This document shows, one piece after another, positions 55,339 through 64,000 of a stretch of 64,000 bases of DNA (position 1 is the stretch's first letter; each line of letters starts with the position of its first letter). The stretch spans positions 353,298 to 417,297 of the forward strand of contig JAOACR010000009.1 of NCBI GenBank assembly GCA_026417735.1, given 5' to 3'. Both the position numbers and the translations under genes were made by a program. This DNA is from Kiritimatiellia bacterium. GTDB taxonomy: Bacteria; Verrucomicrobiota; Kiritimatiellia; PWTM01. Under the pieces are notes generated by a model. It was given only the letters and a program-made list of their open reading frames with translations. It made no database searches and had not been told where the DNA came from.

Positions 55339-55903
55339 GGCGCTGCGCGCGGCGCGTTTTCCAACGGCCCGGCAGATGGGCTCCCGCCGAGATGACCGCA
55401 CCGCCCGACCGCCCTGTCTGCATCATGCCCTGTCTCAACAGCAAGAACAGATCTGCCGTGAAGAGGGCCCATTCATGAGCCTCTACGATTCGGGCGATCC
55501 CGACGAGCGCGCACGCCGACCGCGCGGACGGCGCCGACGAACTGGACATCGCCGCGACGGTCGAACACCGTCCGACGCGGCCGGAGGTGGACCACCGCGT
55601 CGCGAACGTCATCACGATCTTCTTCAGGGTGGGCGGCCGCGTGCGCGACGCCGCCTCCACTGCAGGGGTCCTCGACGCGGACGCCCGATGCGTCTCGATC
55701 CGCTGCGCGTCGGTCTTCCACCTCCACCGCATTCGAATCCCGCAGGTGAAACGCGATCTACACAAGCATCGCACGTGGTTCGACACGCCCTGAAACGCCG
55801 GCATCTGCCGGCGGACCGCTCTCTTGATTCGGGAAGCCGCCCGCGAATATCATCGGTGCGTGATTCATTGCGATCACCGCTCGCCTCCCAACCGGAGACG
55901 GCC

Positions 55904-56617
55904 ATGTCCGCCGGCGAATTTTCCGGTTCATTTGCAGTAAACGGCATGGTCTGGCTGGCGGGGTTTGCGCCGGGGTCTCTCGCCTTGCAGTGGCATCTCG
56001 GCGAAACGCTATGGACCGAGCTGCGGGCGGCGAGTCCCTCCGGCACCCTCGCACTAATACTGCGACGACAGGAGGGGCCATCCACCACCACCGGCGGCGC
56101 GCTGACGCTGCTGGGCGCCGCACCCGCCGGTTTTCGTCGGCTCGAAGCGGCTCCAGGAACCTATGACGGAGAATTCGGCTGGCTCGACCCGGCGGGGGAG
56201 TTCACCCGGCTCGCGCAGCTCGGACCGGCCCGACCGCTGCCCGCCGCGCCCGCCGTCGACATCTCGCTAGCCTTGATGGCACCTTCCGGCGCGTCCGTCG
56301 GTGCCGCCCTTCAACGCATGGGCAAAGTGGAAAGGGCGGCCAGCGTCACGTGGATCCGAAGGCCGCAAGCGTTTGCACGGGTTTGCCCAGCGCTGCCGAC
56401 CAACCCCGTGCCAGCGGGCTCGTCGTTCCCGCCAATCCCCGCGACACCTCCGGTGGTTGGAGAGGCCGGCCCGGCTGCGGACTGGACGACGAATGGCGAT
56501 GAACCAGCGCCGGCTGCGACAGCCGGGCAAGCATGGCGCGCATCGGGCGGGCATCAACCGCCGCCGGAGGTCGGTTGGCCGACCGCTACCGCCGCCAACA
56601 CGCTGGGAGTGATCTGA
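55904..56617 (+). CDS. hypothetical protein (Ala/Pro-rich), translationally coupled to the GH57 gene
   Basis: ATG 55904 with GGAGA upstream. Its stop overlaps the GH57 ATG as TGATG. No recognisable domain by eye. Confidence 0.4.
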   Translation: MSAGEFSGSFAVNGMVWLAGFAPGSLALQWHLGETLWTELRAASPSGTLALILRRQEGPSTTTGGALTLLGAAPAGFRRLEAAPGTYDGEFGWLDPAGEFTRLAQLGPARPLPAAPAVDISLALMAPSGASVGAALQRMGKVERAASVTWIRRPQAFARVCPALPTNPVPAGSSFPPIPATPPVVGEAGPAADWTTNGDEPAPAATAGQAWRASGGHQPPPEVGWPTATAANTLGVI

Positions 56618-58107
56618 TGCCGCCGGCCCATCTCATGCTCGTGCTGCACGCGCACCTTCCCGACCTGCGCGATGGGGGCGGACTCGAACAGCGCTGGTTC
56701 TTTGAAGCCGTCGCACAAAGCTATCTGCCACTGCTCGAGGTGTTCGAACGGCTGGACCGCGAGAACGTGCCGTTCCGTGTCGCGCTGTCCGTCTCACCAA
56801 CTCTCGCCGCGATGCTCCAAGACTCCGTCATGATCGGGCGATGCGCCGCACATCTTCAGTCCCTCGCGGAGCTCGCCGCGGAGGAGACCCGCCGCCACCG
56901 CTGGGATGTGCGGTTCGAACGGCTCGCCCGACGCTGGCAGACATTCTATGAGCACCGCCGACGGGATCTGGAGCAGCGGGACGGCCGGCTGTTACCGGCG
57001 CTGGCCCGCCTCGCCGATCGCGGTCGCATCGAGCTGTTCACCACCGCGGCCACCCATGGCTATTTGCCGCTGCTGGCCGCCGTCCCCTCCGCCGCCAGCC
57101 GTCAAATTCGCCTGGGCCTGACCGCGCACCGGCGCTGGGCGGGTCGCCCCGCCGATGGCTTCTGGCTCCCCGAAATGGGATGGACGCCCTCGCTCGAAGA
57201 CGAACTGCGGGCGGGCGGCGCGAACTGGACGCTGGTGGACGCCCACGCGGTCGTCTGGGCGGATCGCCGTCCCTATGCCGGCACTTTTGCCCCGCTCGTC
57301 ACGCCGGGCGGATTGATTGTCTTTCCGCGCGACGCGGAACTCACGCGCGCAGTCTGGAGCGCGCACGACGGTTACCCCGGTGCGCCGTGGTACCTTGAAT
57401 ACCATCGCGACATCGGATGGGAACGTCCCGCCGAAGAGCTCGGACCACTCGCCCCGCCGCCCGGCACCCGCTGGCCGGTCGGCATCAAATACCACCGCGT
57501 CACCGCTCGGACCGCCGACAAGCAACCGTACGAGCCGGACCGCGCGATCGCACTAGCCCGCGAACATGCCGCGGACTTCCTGCGTCGGACGTTGGACCGC
57601 GCGGGCCGCGCCGCGGTCGCGATGGACCGCTCCCCGCTGTTGGTGGCCGCGTTCGATGCGGAGCTCTTCGGACACTGGTGGCATGAAGGCCCCCTCTGGC
57701 TCGAGCAGGTGTTGCGCCTCGCAAGCGCAACGCCGGCCCTGTCCCTCGTCACGCCGTCCGACTACCTCGCACGCTACCCCTGGCTCCAGTGTGCGACGCC
57801 GGCCGAGTCAAGCTGGGGTGACGGCGGCGGCCACGCCAGCTGGTGGAACGAAACCACCGCGCCGATGTGGACGTGGCTCCATCAGGCCGCGTTGCGGCTG
57901 GATTGCGCCGAACGCCACAGTTCATCCCATACGCAGAATGGCCGCCTCACAGAGGCGCGCGACCATCTGCTCCTTGCCCAAGCATCGGATTGGATGTTTA
58001 TGCTCTGCCACCAAACCGCGCCCGACTATGCGCGACGCCGCTGGCGGCAGGCGGTGGAACGGTTCGAGTCCGCGATGAACGACGCCCCTCGTCCGGGCAG
58101 GGAGTGA
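56617..58107 (+). CDS. glycoside hydrolase family 57 protein (probable 1,4-alpha-glucan branching enzyme)
   Basis: Start ATG 56617 (MPPAHLMLVLHAHLP). The HxHLP start, WFFEAVAQSYLPLLEVF and LFGHWWHEG are GH57 hallmarks. Directly upstream of glgA. Confidence 0.75.
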   Translation: MPPAHLMLVLHAHLPDLRDGGGLEQRWFFEAVAQSYLPLLEVFERLDRENVPFRVALSVSPTLAAMLQDSVMIGRCAAHLQSLAELAAEETRRHRWDVRFERLARRWQTFYEHRRRDLEQRDGRLLPALARLADRGRIELFTTAATHGYLPLLAAVPSAASRQIRLGLTAHRRWAGRPADGFWLPEMGWTPSLEDELRAGGANWTLVDAHAVVWADRRPYAGTFAPLVTPGGLIVFPRDAELTRAVWSAHDGYPGAPWYLEYHRDIGWERPAEELGPLAPPPGTRWPVGIKYHRVTARTADKQPYEPDRAIALAREHAADFLRRTLDRAGRAAVAMDRSPLLVAAFDAELFGHWWHEGPLWLEQVLRLASATPALSLVTPSDYLARYPWLQCATPAESSWGDGGGHASWWNETTAPMWTWLHQAALRLDCAERHSSSHTQNGRLTEARDHLLLAQASDWMFMLCHQTAPDYARRRWRQAVERFESAMNDAPRPGRE

Positions 58108-58112
58108 CGGCC

Positions 58113-59585
58113 ATGTTCATCATCCAAATCGCCTCGGAGTGCGCGCCGGTCGCGAAGGTCGGCGGCCTCGCCGATGTCGTCTACGGTCTCTCCCGCGAGC
58201 TGGAGATCCGCGGCAATGCGGTCGAAATCATTCTGCCGAAGTACGACTGCCTGCGCTATGACCGCATCTGGGGCCTGCAGGAGGTCTGGAAGGACCTCTG
58301 GATCCCGTGGGAGGGCGGCGCGGTCCACACCTCCATCTGGTTTGGGTTCGTCGAGGGGCGGAAATGCTTTTTTGTTGACCCGCATTCCCATCACAACTTT
58401 TTCAACCGACGGGTCTTCTACGGACAGGGCGACGACGACCGGCGCTTTGCATTCTTCTGTCGCGCCGCCCTCGAGTTCATGCTGAAGGCGAACAAACACC
58501 CGGAGATCATCCACGTCCATGATTGGCAGACCGCGCTGGTGCCGGTGCTGCTGTACGAGATTTACGAAAAGATCGGCATGCGGCATCCCCGTGTCTGCTT
58601 CACTCTGCACAACGTCCGCCATCAGGGCGTCACGGGCCCCCACCTGCTCTGGTCGGTGGGCTTGGGCCGGCCGGAGTATTTTCTGCATCCGGACCGGCTC
58701 CAGGACGATCACCACCCCGGCGCGCTGAACCTGATGAAGGGAGGAATTGTCTACTCGAACTTCGTCACGACCGTTTCCCCCCGCTACGCGCACGAGATCC
58801 GCTTCACCGAGCAGGGGTGCGGGCTCGGTCACACCCTCTGGAAACACCACCAGAAGTTCGGCGGTGTATTGAACGGCGTGGACTACGATGTCTGGAACCC
58901 GGAGATTGACCCGCATATACCGGCGCGATACGGCCCGGCGACGATCAACCAAAAATACGTGAACAAGGGCGCGCTGCGGCGGCGGCTCTGGCTTCGCGAC
59001 CGCTTTTGCCCGATCGTCGCGTTCATCGGTCGGCTCGACCACCAGAAGGGCGTACCGCTGATCCGCCACGCGCTGTTCTGGTGCCTAGCGAACGGCGCGC
59101 AGTTCGTGCTGCTCGGCTCAAGCCCCGACCCAGCGATCCAGCACGAGTTTCAAGAACTGAAGCGCCGCATCAATGACAATCCGGACTCCCACCTCGAACT
59201 CGCGCACAACGAAGAGCTCGCCCACCTAGTGTACGCCGGTGCGGACCTGATGATTGTGCCCAGCCTCTTCGAGCCCTGCGGGCTGACTCAGATGATCGCG
59301 ATGAAGTACGGAACCCTTCCGATCGTCCGCGAGGTCGGCGGCCTCGCCGACACAGTGTTCGATGTGGACCACTCGGACCGGCCCCCCGAACAACGCAACG
59401 GGTACACGTTCAAGACCTTTGACAACGGCGGCATTGAGTCGGCGCTCGTGCGCGCGGTCGGACTGTGGAATCACTACCCCGACAAGTTCCGCCAGGTGAT
59501 GCTCCAAGCGATGGCCTGCGACTACTCCTGGAACGAGCCGGGCCGTCATTACCTCAACATCTACGACTACATTCGCGACAAGTAA
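58113..59585 (+). CDS. glgA: glycogen synthase (ADP-glucose-type starch/glycogen synthase)
   Basis: Start ATG 58113 (MFIIQIASECAPVAKVGGLADVVYGL). KVGGLADVV is the GlgA N-terminal motif; IIHVHDWQTA; C-terminal GT-B block EPCGLTQMIAMKYGTLPIVREVGGLADTV. Confidence 0.9.
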   Translation: MFIIQIASECAPVAKVGGLADVVYGLSRELEIRGNAVEIILPKYDCLRYDRIWGLQEVWKDLWIPWEGGAVHTSIWFGFVEGRKCFFVDPHSHHNFFNRRVFYGQGDDDRRFAFFCRAALEFMLKANKHPEIIHVHDWQTALVPVLLYEIYEKIGMRHPRVCFTLHNVRHQGVTGPHLLWSVGLGRPEYFLHPDRLQDDHHPGALNLMKGGIVYSNFVTTVSPRYAHEIRFTEQGCGLGHTLWKHHQKFGGVLNGVDYDVWNPEIDPHIPARYGPATINQKYVNKGALRRRLWLRDRFCPIVAFIGRLDHQKGVPLIRHALFWCLANGAQFVLLGSSPDPAIQHEFQELKRRINDNPDSHLELAHNEELAHLVYAGADLMIVPSLFEPCGLTQMIAMKYGTLPIVREVGGLADTVFDVDHSDRPPEQRNGYTFKTFDNGGIESALVRAVGLWNHYPDKFRQVMLQAMACDYSWNEPGRHYLNIYDYIRDK

Positions 59586-60181
59586 CAGGCGCTCCGCTGG
59601 ATCGGTGCTGCAGCCTTGGGGCTTCGCATACGGTCCACAAAACGACCTGCGTTGAGGCAGCGCCAGAGACAATGCGCGCCAGATTCGCGGAAGATTTGCC
59701 GTTGTCACCGGCAAGCACAATAACACGCGAGCTCACTTCGCGCTCCGCAACCGCGGCCGACCTACAGCACCACTCCCCACGGCTCGCCGCGCCGTCGAGC
59801 CAAGAACTCACCATCCCCTCAAAAAGTCCGCGGCTCACCATGCCGCACGGCACCCACGAGGAGCCCCACCGCGGTCCCGACACCGCCCGGCCCGGAGAGG
59901 GGGCGGTGAACGGGCGGACTCACCAGTGGCACTACGTCTGCGGGCCGCAGTGGATCTGCGACCAGTTGCCCGAGCCGTTCCGCCCTGACGCCCGTCGCCT
60001 CGACAGCGGAAGAGTCTGAGCAAGCACCGCTCTTCCCCCCGCTGGGCGTTCGCGTCTCAAGGCCCAGCCGGCGCATTCAAAACATCTGCGCCCGCTCAGG
60101 TCCGACCGCCAGCCCTCCTCCATCGCGGCCTCCTCGCGAGGGCCCCGGGCAGCCCACGGAGTGTTGGACCCGCGACTCGAA

Positions 60182-63100
60182 TCAGCGAAGCCGACGGCGC
60201 AGCAGAATCCCCGCGGCGATCATGCCCACCAGCCCCAGCGTAGACGGCTCCGGAATGACGGTGAGCGTGATGTCGCTCGCGTTGTAGTCAATCTGGAACT
60301 GCGTCGAACCGACATTGAACGTGCTGCCCGAGCTCGGCAGCCCGCTGAAGGTGCCGGACAGCGTCGAGAACCCGCTCACAATCTGGAACGTGTCGCCCAG
60401 GCTCGGCGTGAAGCCCAGGATCACCGACAGCGTCGGATTCGACAGCGTCAGCGTTGTGCCGGTCCCCATCAGCAACTGGTCGTACAGCGTCCCCGGCGTG
60501 GTCCCGTTCAGCTCCACCTCGAAGAACGCGCCGCTCTGCAGCGTCACGTTCGCGTTCGCGGTGAAGATGCCGGCACTCGAGCCGGGCGCCAGCGTGCCGC
60601 CCGAGAGCACGTTGATCGCGCCGGCGACTGACCCGTTGCCCTCGAGGCGCCCGCCCACCACCGTGATCAAACCTCCGCCGGTGTGCGCACCTTGGATCCG
60701 CAACGCACCGTTCGAGACAATCGTCGGACCCGTGTACGGGTTGTTGAACGTCAACACCGTCGTACCCGAACCGATCTGCGCCAGCGTGCCCGCCCCTCGA
60801 ATCTCGTTGGTCACAACATGGACGTCGCTGCGGTCAAACCACAACTGCGTGCGGTTCGTGACCACGCCGGAACCAAGATTGCCGACCGTCCCGCCCTCTC
60901 CGATGCGCAGCACGCCGTTGCTGACGAATGTCCAACCGCCGGCCTGGTTCTGGGCCGCAATGGTCCAGATGCCCGGCCCCTCTTTCAGAATCGGCAGATC
61001 GGTCATGATGCCATTCGAGATCACCCCGCGCAGGATGCCCATTCCCGCGCCGTCAAGCTGCAGAATGCGGCCGGTCGCGCTCGGGAAAATCACGCCGTGC
61101 AAGATCAAGCCAGCGCCCGCATCCGCTGCGAAGCGGGAGCTGCCCGCACCCGCCGTCATGTTGATGGTGCTGACCCACGCGTTCGTGCCCGCCACACTGC
61201 GGATCACGCCGAGCGTGTTGCTGAAGCCCGTCCCGCTGGTCTGGATCACCTTCCCCGTGACACCAATGTTACCCGACATCCACAGCGCCCGGCTGCCCAA
61301 GCCGCCACTCTGGTAGTTCACGAACACCGTGCCGGTGCCGTGCGCACCGAGCGCGTAACTCTTCGTAATCCACAGCGCCCCGGTTCGCACCTCCCAGTTC
61401 CCGAAGAAGTCGGGGCTGTCCTGCGTGAGCTGCAGCAGGCCGTCCGAACCCTGCTGGCGGATCGTGCCGGTGCCGACAAACACGTTCGAGGAGATCAGAA
61501 AGCCCGGCATCGCAAACTCCACGATCGCGCCGAGGTTCGTAATCGGTTGCGTCGTCGGGACTCGCACACCTTCCACAATGTTGCTGTGGCCCAACCGAAG
61601 CGTGCCGCCGGAGACGAGAATCCCACCCGTGAACGCGTTCGTGTTGATCAGGTTGAGGAAGCCGGTGCCCGCCTTGATCAGCCCGCCGCTGCCATAGATT
61701 GGCTGGTCCACCGTCTGCGCGTTCGAATGGTTGAACGCGAGCAGGCCCATGTTCGTCACCGGCCCCGAGACCATCGGGCTAGACGGCGCCCCGCCCGTGC
61801 CGATTTGCAGCAGGCCGTTGCTGATCATCACAAACGTGGCCGTCAGCCCCGGGTTCGGAAGCACCAGCGCGCCCGGCCCCGTCTTCACCAGCGGCACCGG
61901 GCTCGTCATCGTCAGCGTGCTGCTGACCACGCTCGTAAATCCGACGCCGGCAATGTGGTACACCGTGGGTCCCTGAATCAGGTGCGGGCCGCTCATCGTC
62001 AGCGTCTGACCGTTCGTTCCGGACAGGGTCAGATAGACACCGGCGTTCGTGAACGGGCCACTCAGCGTCACGTCCGGTGGCCCCTTCAGTTGGATGACGG
62101 AGCCGGCCTGCACATTGAAGGGGCTTGCGATCGCATACGAACTGGTCGAGACGATGAACATCGAACCATCGCCCGGATCCACCATCATCGAATAGTTGAA
62201 CTCGTTCGACTCCCCTCGGCCCTGCGGATCGTAGCCGAACCCAAACGGCCAATTCGCCGACGGGCCGACACCGCCGGAACCCTGGCCGAATGCGACTTCG
62301 AAGGAGTGGTATCCGGGGGTCAGCTCCACCGTCGCCCAGGTGGCAACGTTGTGAGCGATACCATTGGTGATTCGGATGATCCCGTCGATGACGAGCCGCA
62401 CGCTGTCGTCGAAGTTCTCCGCAAATGTCCAGGTGACGTTCGTCGGGCCGGGAATGTAGAGAAAGCCCGTGTACATGTAGGTCGAGGTGTCTGGGAAACC
62501 TCCGCTGCCGGTGATCGTCGTCTGGCCGTAGCTCGGTCCCAGCCGCACCGCCTGCTTCGGGTTCGCGGCGCTCGACAACAACGACACACTGTGGACGTTT
62601 GTCCGCCCCTCAAAGAGCCCAGCGCCGGTCAAAATCACATCCCCACCCGCCAGTGTCACCACGCCGGCATTGGTTGGCGCCGCGCCAAGGAACACCTTCG
62701 TGCCGGGAGCCGCCGTCACACTGTGATAGCGCCCAACCAGCGCAATTTCGGCACCGGCCGCCACCGAAATCAGCGCAGTGGGCGCAGAGTCCAGCGCCAG
62801 ACGACCGCCCAACACTTCCACCGAATAGAGCTGATTCGTCCCTACGGCGGGAAGCGAAGCAACGCCGGTGCCGATTTTCTGCAGCGAGAGGAGCCCACTC
62901 GAGCCGATGAGATTCCCGGCCCAGTTCAGGCTGTTCGCATTCCCACCCCCAACGACCAGCAGCGACGGCGCAACGCCCGCGTTGAGGACCCGCGCGGCAC
63001 GCGAGCCAGCGATCGAAGAAACCGCTTGCGTGAAGCCGTTCAGGTCCACCGTTGCCCACGTCTGGAGCGGATTCGTCCCACCCAGCGCCCAGGGCGAGCC

Positions 63101-64000
63101 CACCACCAGCGTGCCCCCGGTCACGATCGTCCCGCCACTGAACGCGTTCGTGCCGGCGAGCGTGACGGCGCCGCTTCCCGCTTTGCGGAACGCCACTGTC
63201 CCCGGCCCATCCACAATGTTTACGAAGTTGGTCGCCGTACCGCCGTTCTGGCCCAGCGTGAACTCCGCCGGCGCCGTGCTGCGGTTGGTGATCCAGCCGG
63301 TACCGGTCAGGTTGTTCCACCCCTCCGCGCGACCGTTCAGATCGAACACACCGCCACTCATGTGCAGGTTCGCCGTGCTGACCAGCTGATCATCGCCCGT
63401 ACCGTCGAGCAGAATCACCGCGTTCAGGTTCGTGTTGTTCTGCGACAGCGCCCGGATCGTGCTGCCGCTGACCGCCTTCGCCAGCACCGCGGTGCCGCCG
63501 CTGATGGTGATGTTGAACGAGTCGTTGTCACCCGTTCCCGCGAACACCACCGTGCCGGGTCCGGTCAGCCAGTTGTTCTGCGCCGCCGCGCCGCGCAGCC
63601 GCCCCTCAAAAATGACGACGCCCGTCGCCTGCGCGACCTCGATCGTCGCGATGCCCGTGTTGTCGAGCCACACCGTTCGCTCCGTGCGCGAGGTGCCCGT
63701 ACCGGTGACCCGCAGCCGCGTGCCGCCGTATAGCTCCAGAAAGTTTTTGCCCGGATCGGTGGGCACCGACGGGCCGAGCTGGCCGGTATTGTCATCGGTG
63801 ATCGCGCTGACCGAGAGCGTTCCCGCAAACACTTCCGTCGCGTTCGTGTAGCTGTTCTGACCGGACAGCGTCAGCGTGCCGGCGCCATATTTCTGCAGCC
63901 GGCCGTTGCCGGAAATATTCTCCGCAAAGGCAATGTCGTCGGAACGGAAGAAGCGCAGCGTGCCGTTGTTGATCACGGCGCCCGTGCCCAACGTGCCCGA
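60182..64000 (-). CDS. PEP-CTERM-anchored autotransporter-associated beta-strand repeat protein with internal PA14-like domain; 5-prime end beyond window
   Basis: More than 1269 aa, Gly/Thr/Ser/Asn-rich with recurring GTLxLxG and NxxSGGTxV repeats. PA14-like segment YMYTGFLYIPGPTNVTWTFAENFDDSVRLVIDGI. C-terminus VIPEPSTLGLVGMIAAGILLRRRLR is a PEP-CTERM sorting signal. Confidence 0.8.
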   Translation of the reverse strand, partial: SGTLGTGAVINNGTLRFFRSDDIAFAENISGNGRLQKYGAGTLTLSGQNSYTNATEVFAGTLSVSAITDDNTGQLGPSVPTDPGKNFLELYGGTRLRVTGTGTSRTERTVWLDNTGIATIEVAQATGVVIFEGRLRGAAAQNNWLTGPGTVVFAGTGDNDSFNITISGGTAVLAKAVSGSTIRALSQNNTNLNAVILLDGTGDDQLVSTANLHMSGGVFDLNGRAEGWNNLTGTGWITNRSTAPAEFTLGQNGGTATNFVNIVDGPGTVAFRKAGSGAVTLAGTNAFSGGTIVTGGTLVVGSPWALGGTNPLQTWATVDLNGFTQAVSSIAGSRAARVLNAGVAPSLLVVGGGNANSLNWAGNLIGSSGLLSLQKIGTGVASLPAVGTNQLYSVEVLGGRLALDSAPTALISVAAGAEIALVGRYHSVTAAPGTKVFLGAAPTNAGVVTLAGGDVILTGAGLFEGRTNVHSVSLLSSAANPKQAVRLGPSYGQTTITGSGGFPDTSTYMYTGFLYIPGPTNVTWTFAENFDDSVRLVIDGIIRITNGIAHNVATWATVELTPGYHSFEVAFGQGSGGVGPSANWPFGFGYDPQGRGESNEFNYSMMVDPGDGSMFIVSTSSYAIASPFNVQAGSVIQLKGPPDVTLSGPFTNAGVYLTLSGTNGQTLTMSGPHLIQGPTVYHIAGVGFTSVVSSTLTMTSPVPLVKTGPGALVLPNPGLTATFVMISNGLLQIGTGGAPSSPMVSGPVTNMGLLAFNHSNAQTVDQPIYGSGGLIKAGTGFLNLINTNAFTGGILVSGGTLRLGHSNIVEGVRVPTTQPITNLGAIVEFAMPGFLISSNVFVGTGTIRQQGSDGLLQLTQDSPDFFGNWEVRTGALWITKSYALGAHGTGTVFVNYQSGGLGSRALWMSGNIGVTGKVIQTSGTGFSNTLGVIRSVAGTNAWVSTINMTAGAGSSRFAADAGAGLILHGVIFPSATGRILQLDGAGMGILRGVISNGIMTDLPILKEGPGIWTIAAQNQAGGWTFVSNGVLRIGEGGTVGNLGSGVVTNRTQLWFDRSDVHVVTNEIRGAGTLAQIGSGTTVLTFNNPYTGPTIVSNGALRIQGAHTGGGLITVVGGRLEGNGSVAGAINVLSGGTLAPGSSAGIFTANANVTLQSGAFFEVELNGTTPGTLYDQLLMGTGTTLTLSNPTLSVILGFTPSLGDTFQIVSGFSTLSGTFSGLPSSGSTFNVGSTQFQIDYNASDITLTVIPEPSTLGLVGMIAAGILLRRRLR

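Noticed and set aside
55473-55727. 84-aa minus-strand ORF, and the overlapping plus-strand Arg-rich ORF, in the gap after the EF-G gene
   Set aside because: Highly charged low-complexity translations with no start context and no recognisable fold; treated as non-coding.
60683-63733. 1016-aa plus-strand ORF antisense to the PEP-CTERM repeat protein
   Set aside because: Arg-rich composition typical of reverse reading of a Gly/Thr-rich gene. The minus strand has the PEP-CTERM signal and coherent repeats.
1-64000. Looked for CRISPR arrays, transposases, integrases and phage genes
   Set aside because: No regularly spaced direct repeats beyond the two 29-mers at 14783 and 14959, and no ORF with transposase, integrase or recombinase motifs; the window appears to be core chromosome.

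Overview
Very GC-rich bacterial chromosomal segment that is densely coding on both strands, with no CRISPR array, transposase or integrase seen. The gene content (a DUF1501/DUF1549-DUF1553 pair, PEP-CTERM autotransporter-associated beta-strand repeat protein, many secreted glycoside hydrolases, PQQ-like beta-propellers) suggests Verrucomicrobiota or Planctomycetota; this is an inference from gene content only. Main blocks: (1) 1-12.3 kb, a DUF1501/DUF1553 pair divergent from a plus-strand hemicellulose-type cluster (SGNH-like esterase, a disrupted GH10-like gene, GH26 mannanase-like with discoidin domain, large glycoside hydrolase). (2) 12-27 kb, a minus-strand array: M14-like peptidase, RmlD-like reductase, a tightly coupled operon of a heavy-metal P-type ATPase with a C-terminal SPFH domain plus HflC-like, HflK-like and a small membrane protein, then a beta-propeller/PHP-like hydrolase, DUF1080 and GH51. 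(3) 27-38 kb, housekeeping genes (pdxB, ThuA-like, nitroreductase, GH114-like, AstE/AspA-like fusion, panB, panC, dCMP deaminase, rhomboid, glmS, glmM, tRNA-Cys). (4) 38.7-49 kb, an eight-gene translationally coupled operon joining membrane-anchored beta-propellers, an NHL-repeat protein, a small Tat-signal protein, a Tat-exported polyferredoxin, a NapH-like membrane polyferredoxin and a cytoplasmic NuoE/NuoF-like plus GltD-like NAD(P)H module. (5) 49-64 kb, a second large glycoside hydrolase paralog, queA, an EF-G, a GH57-glgA glycogen pair and a partial giant PEP-CTERM surface protein. The two best candidates for an undescribed system are the ATPase-SPFH/HflKC operon and the beta-propeller/ferredoxin/NAD(P)H operon. 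All calls rest on reading the six-frame translations for conserved motifs; no database search was run. Many long ORFs in the track are GC-driven antisense artefacts and were rejected.
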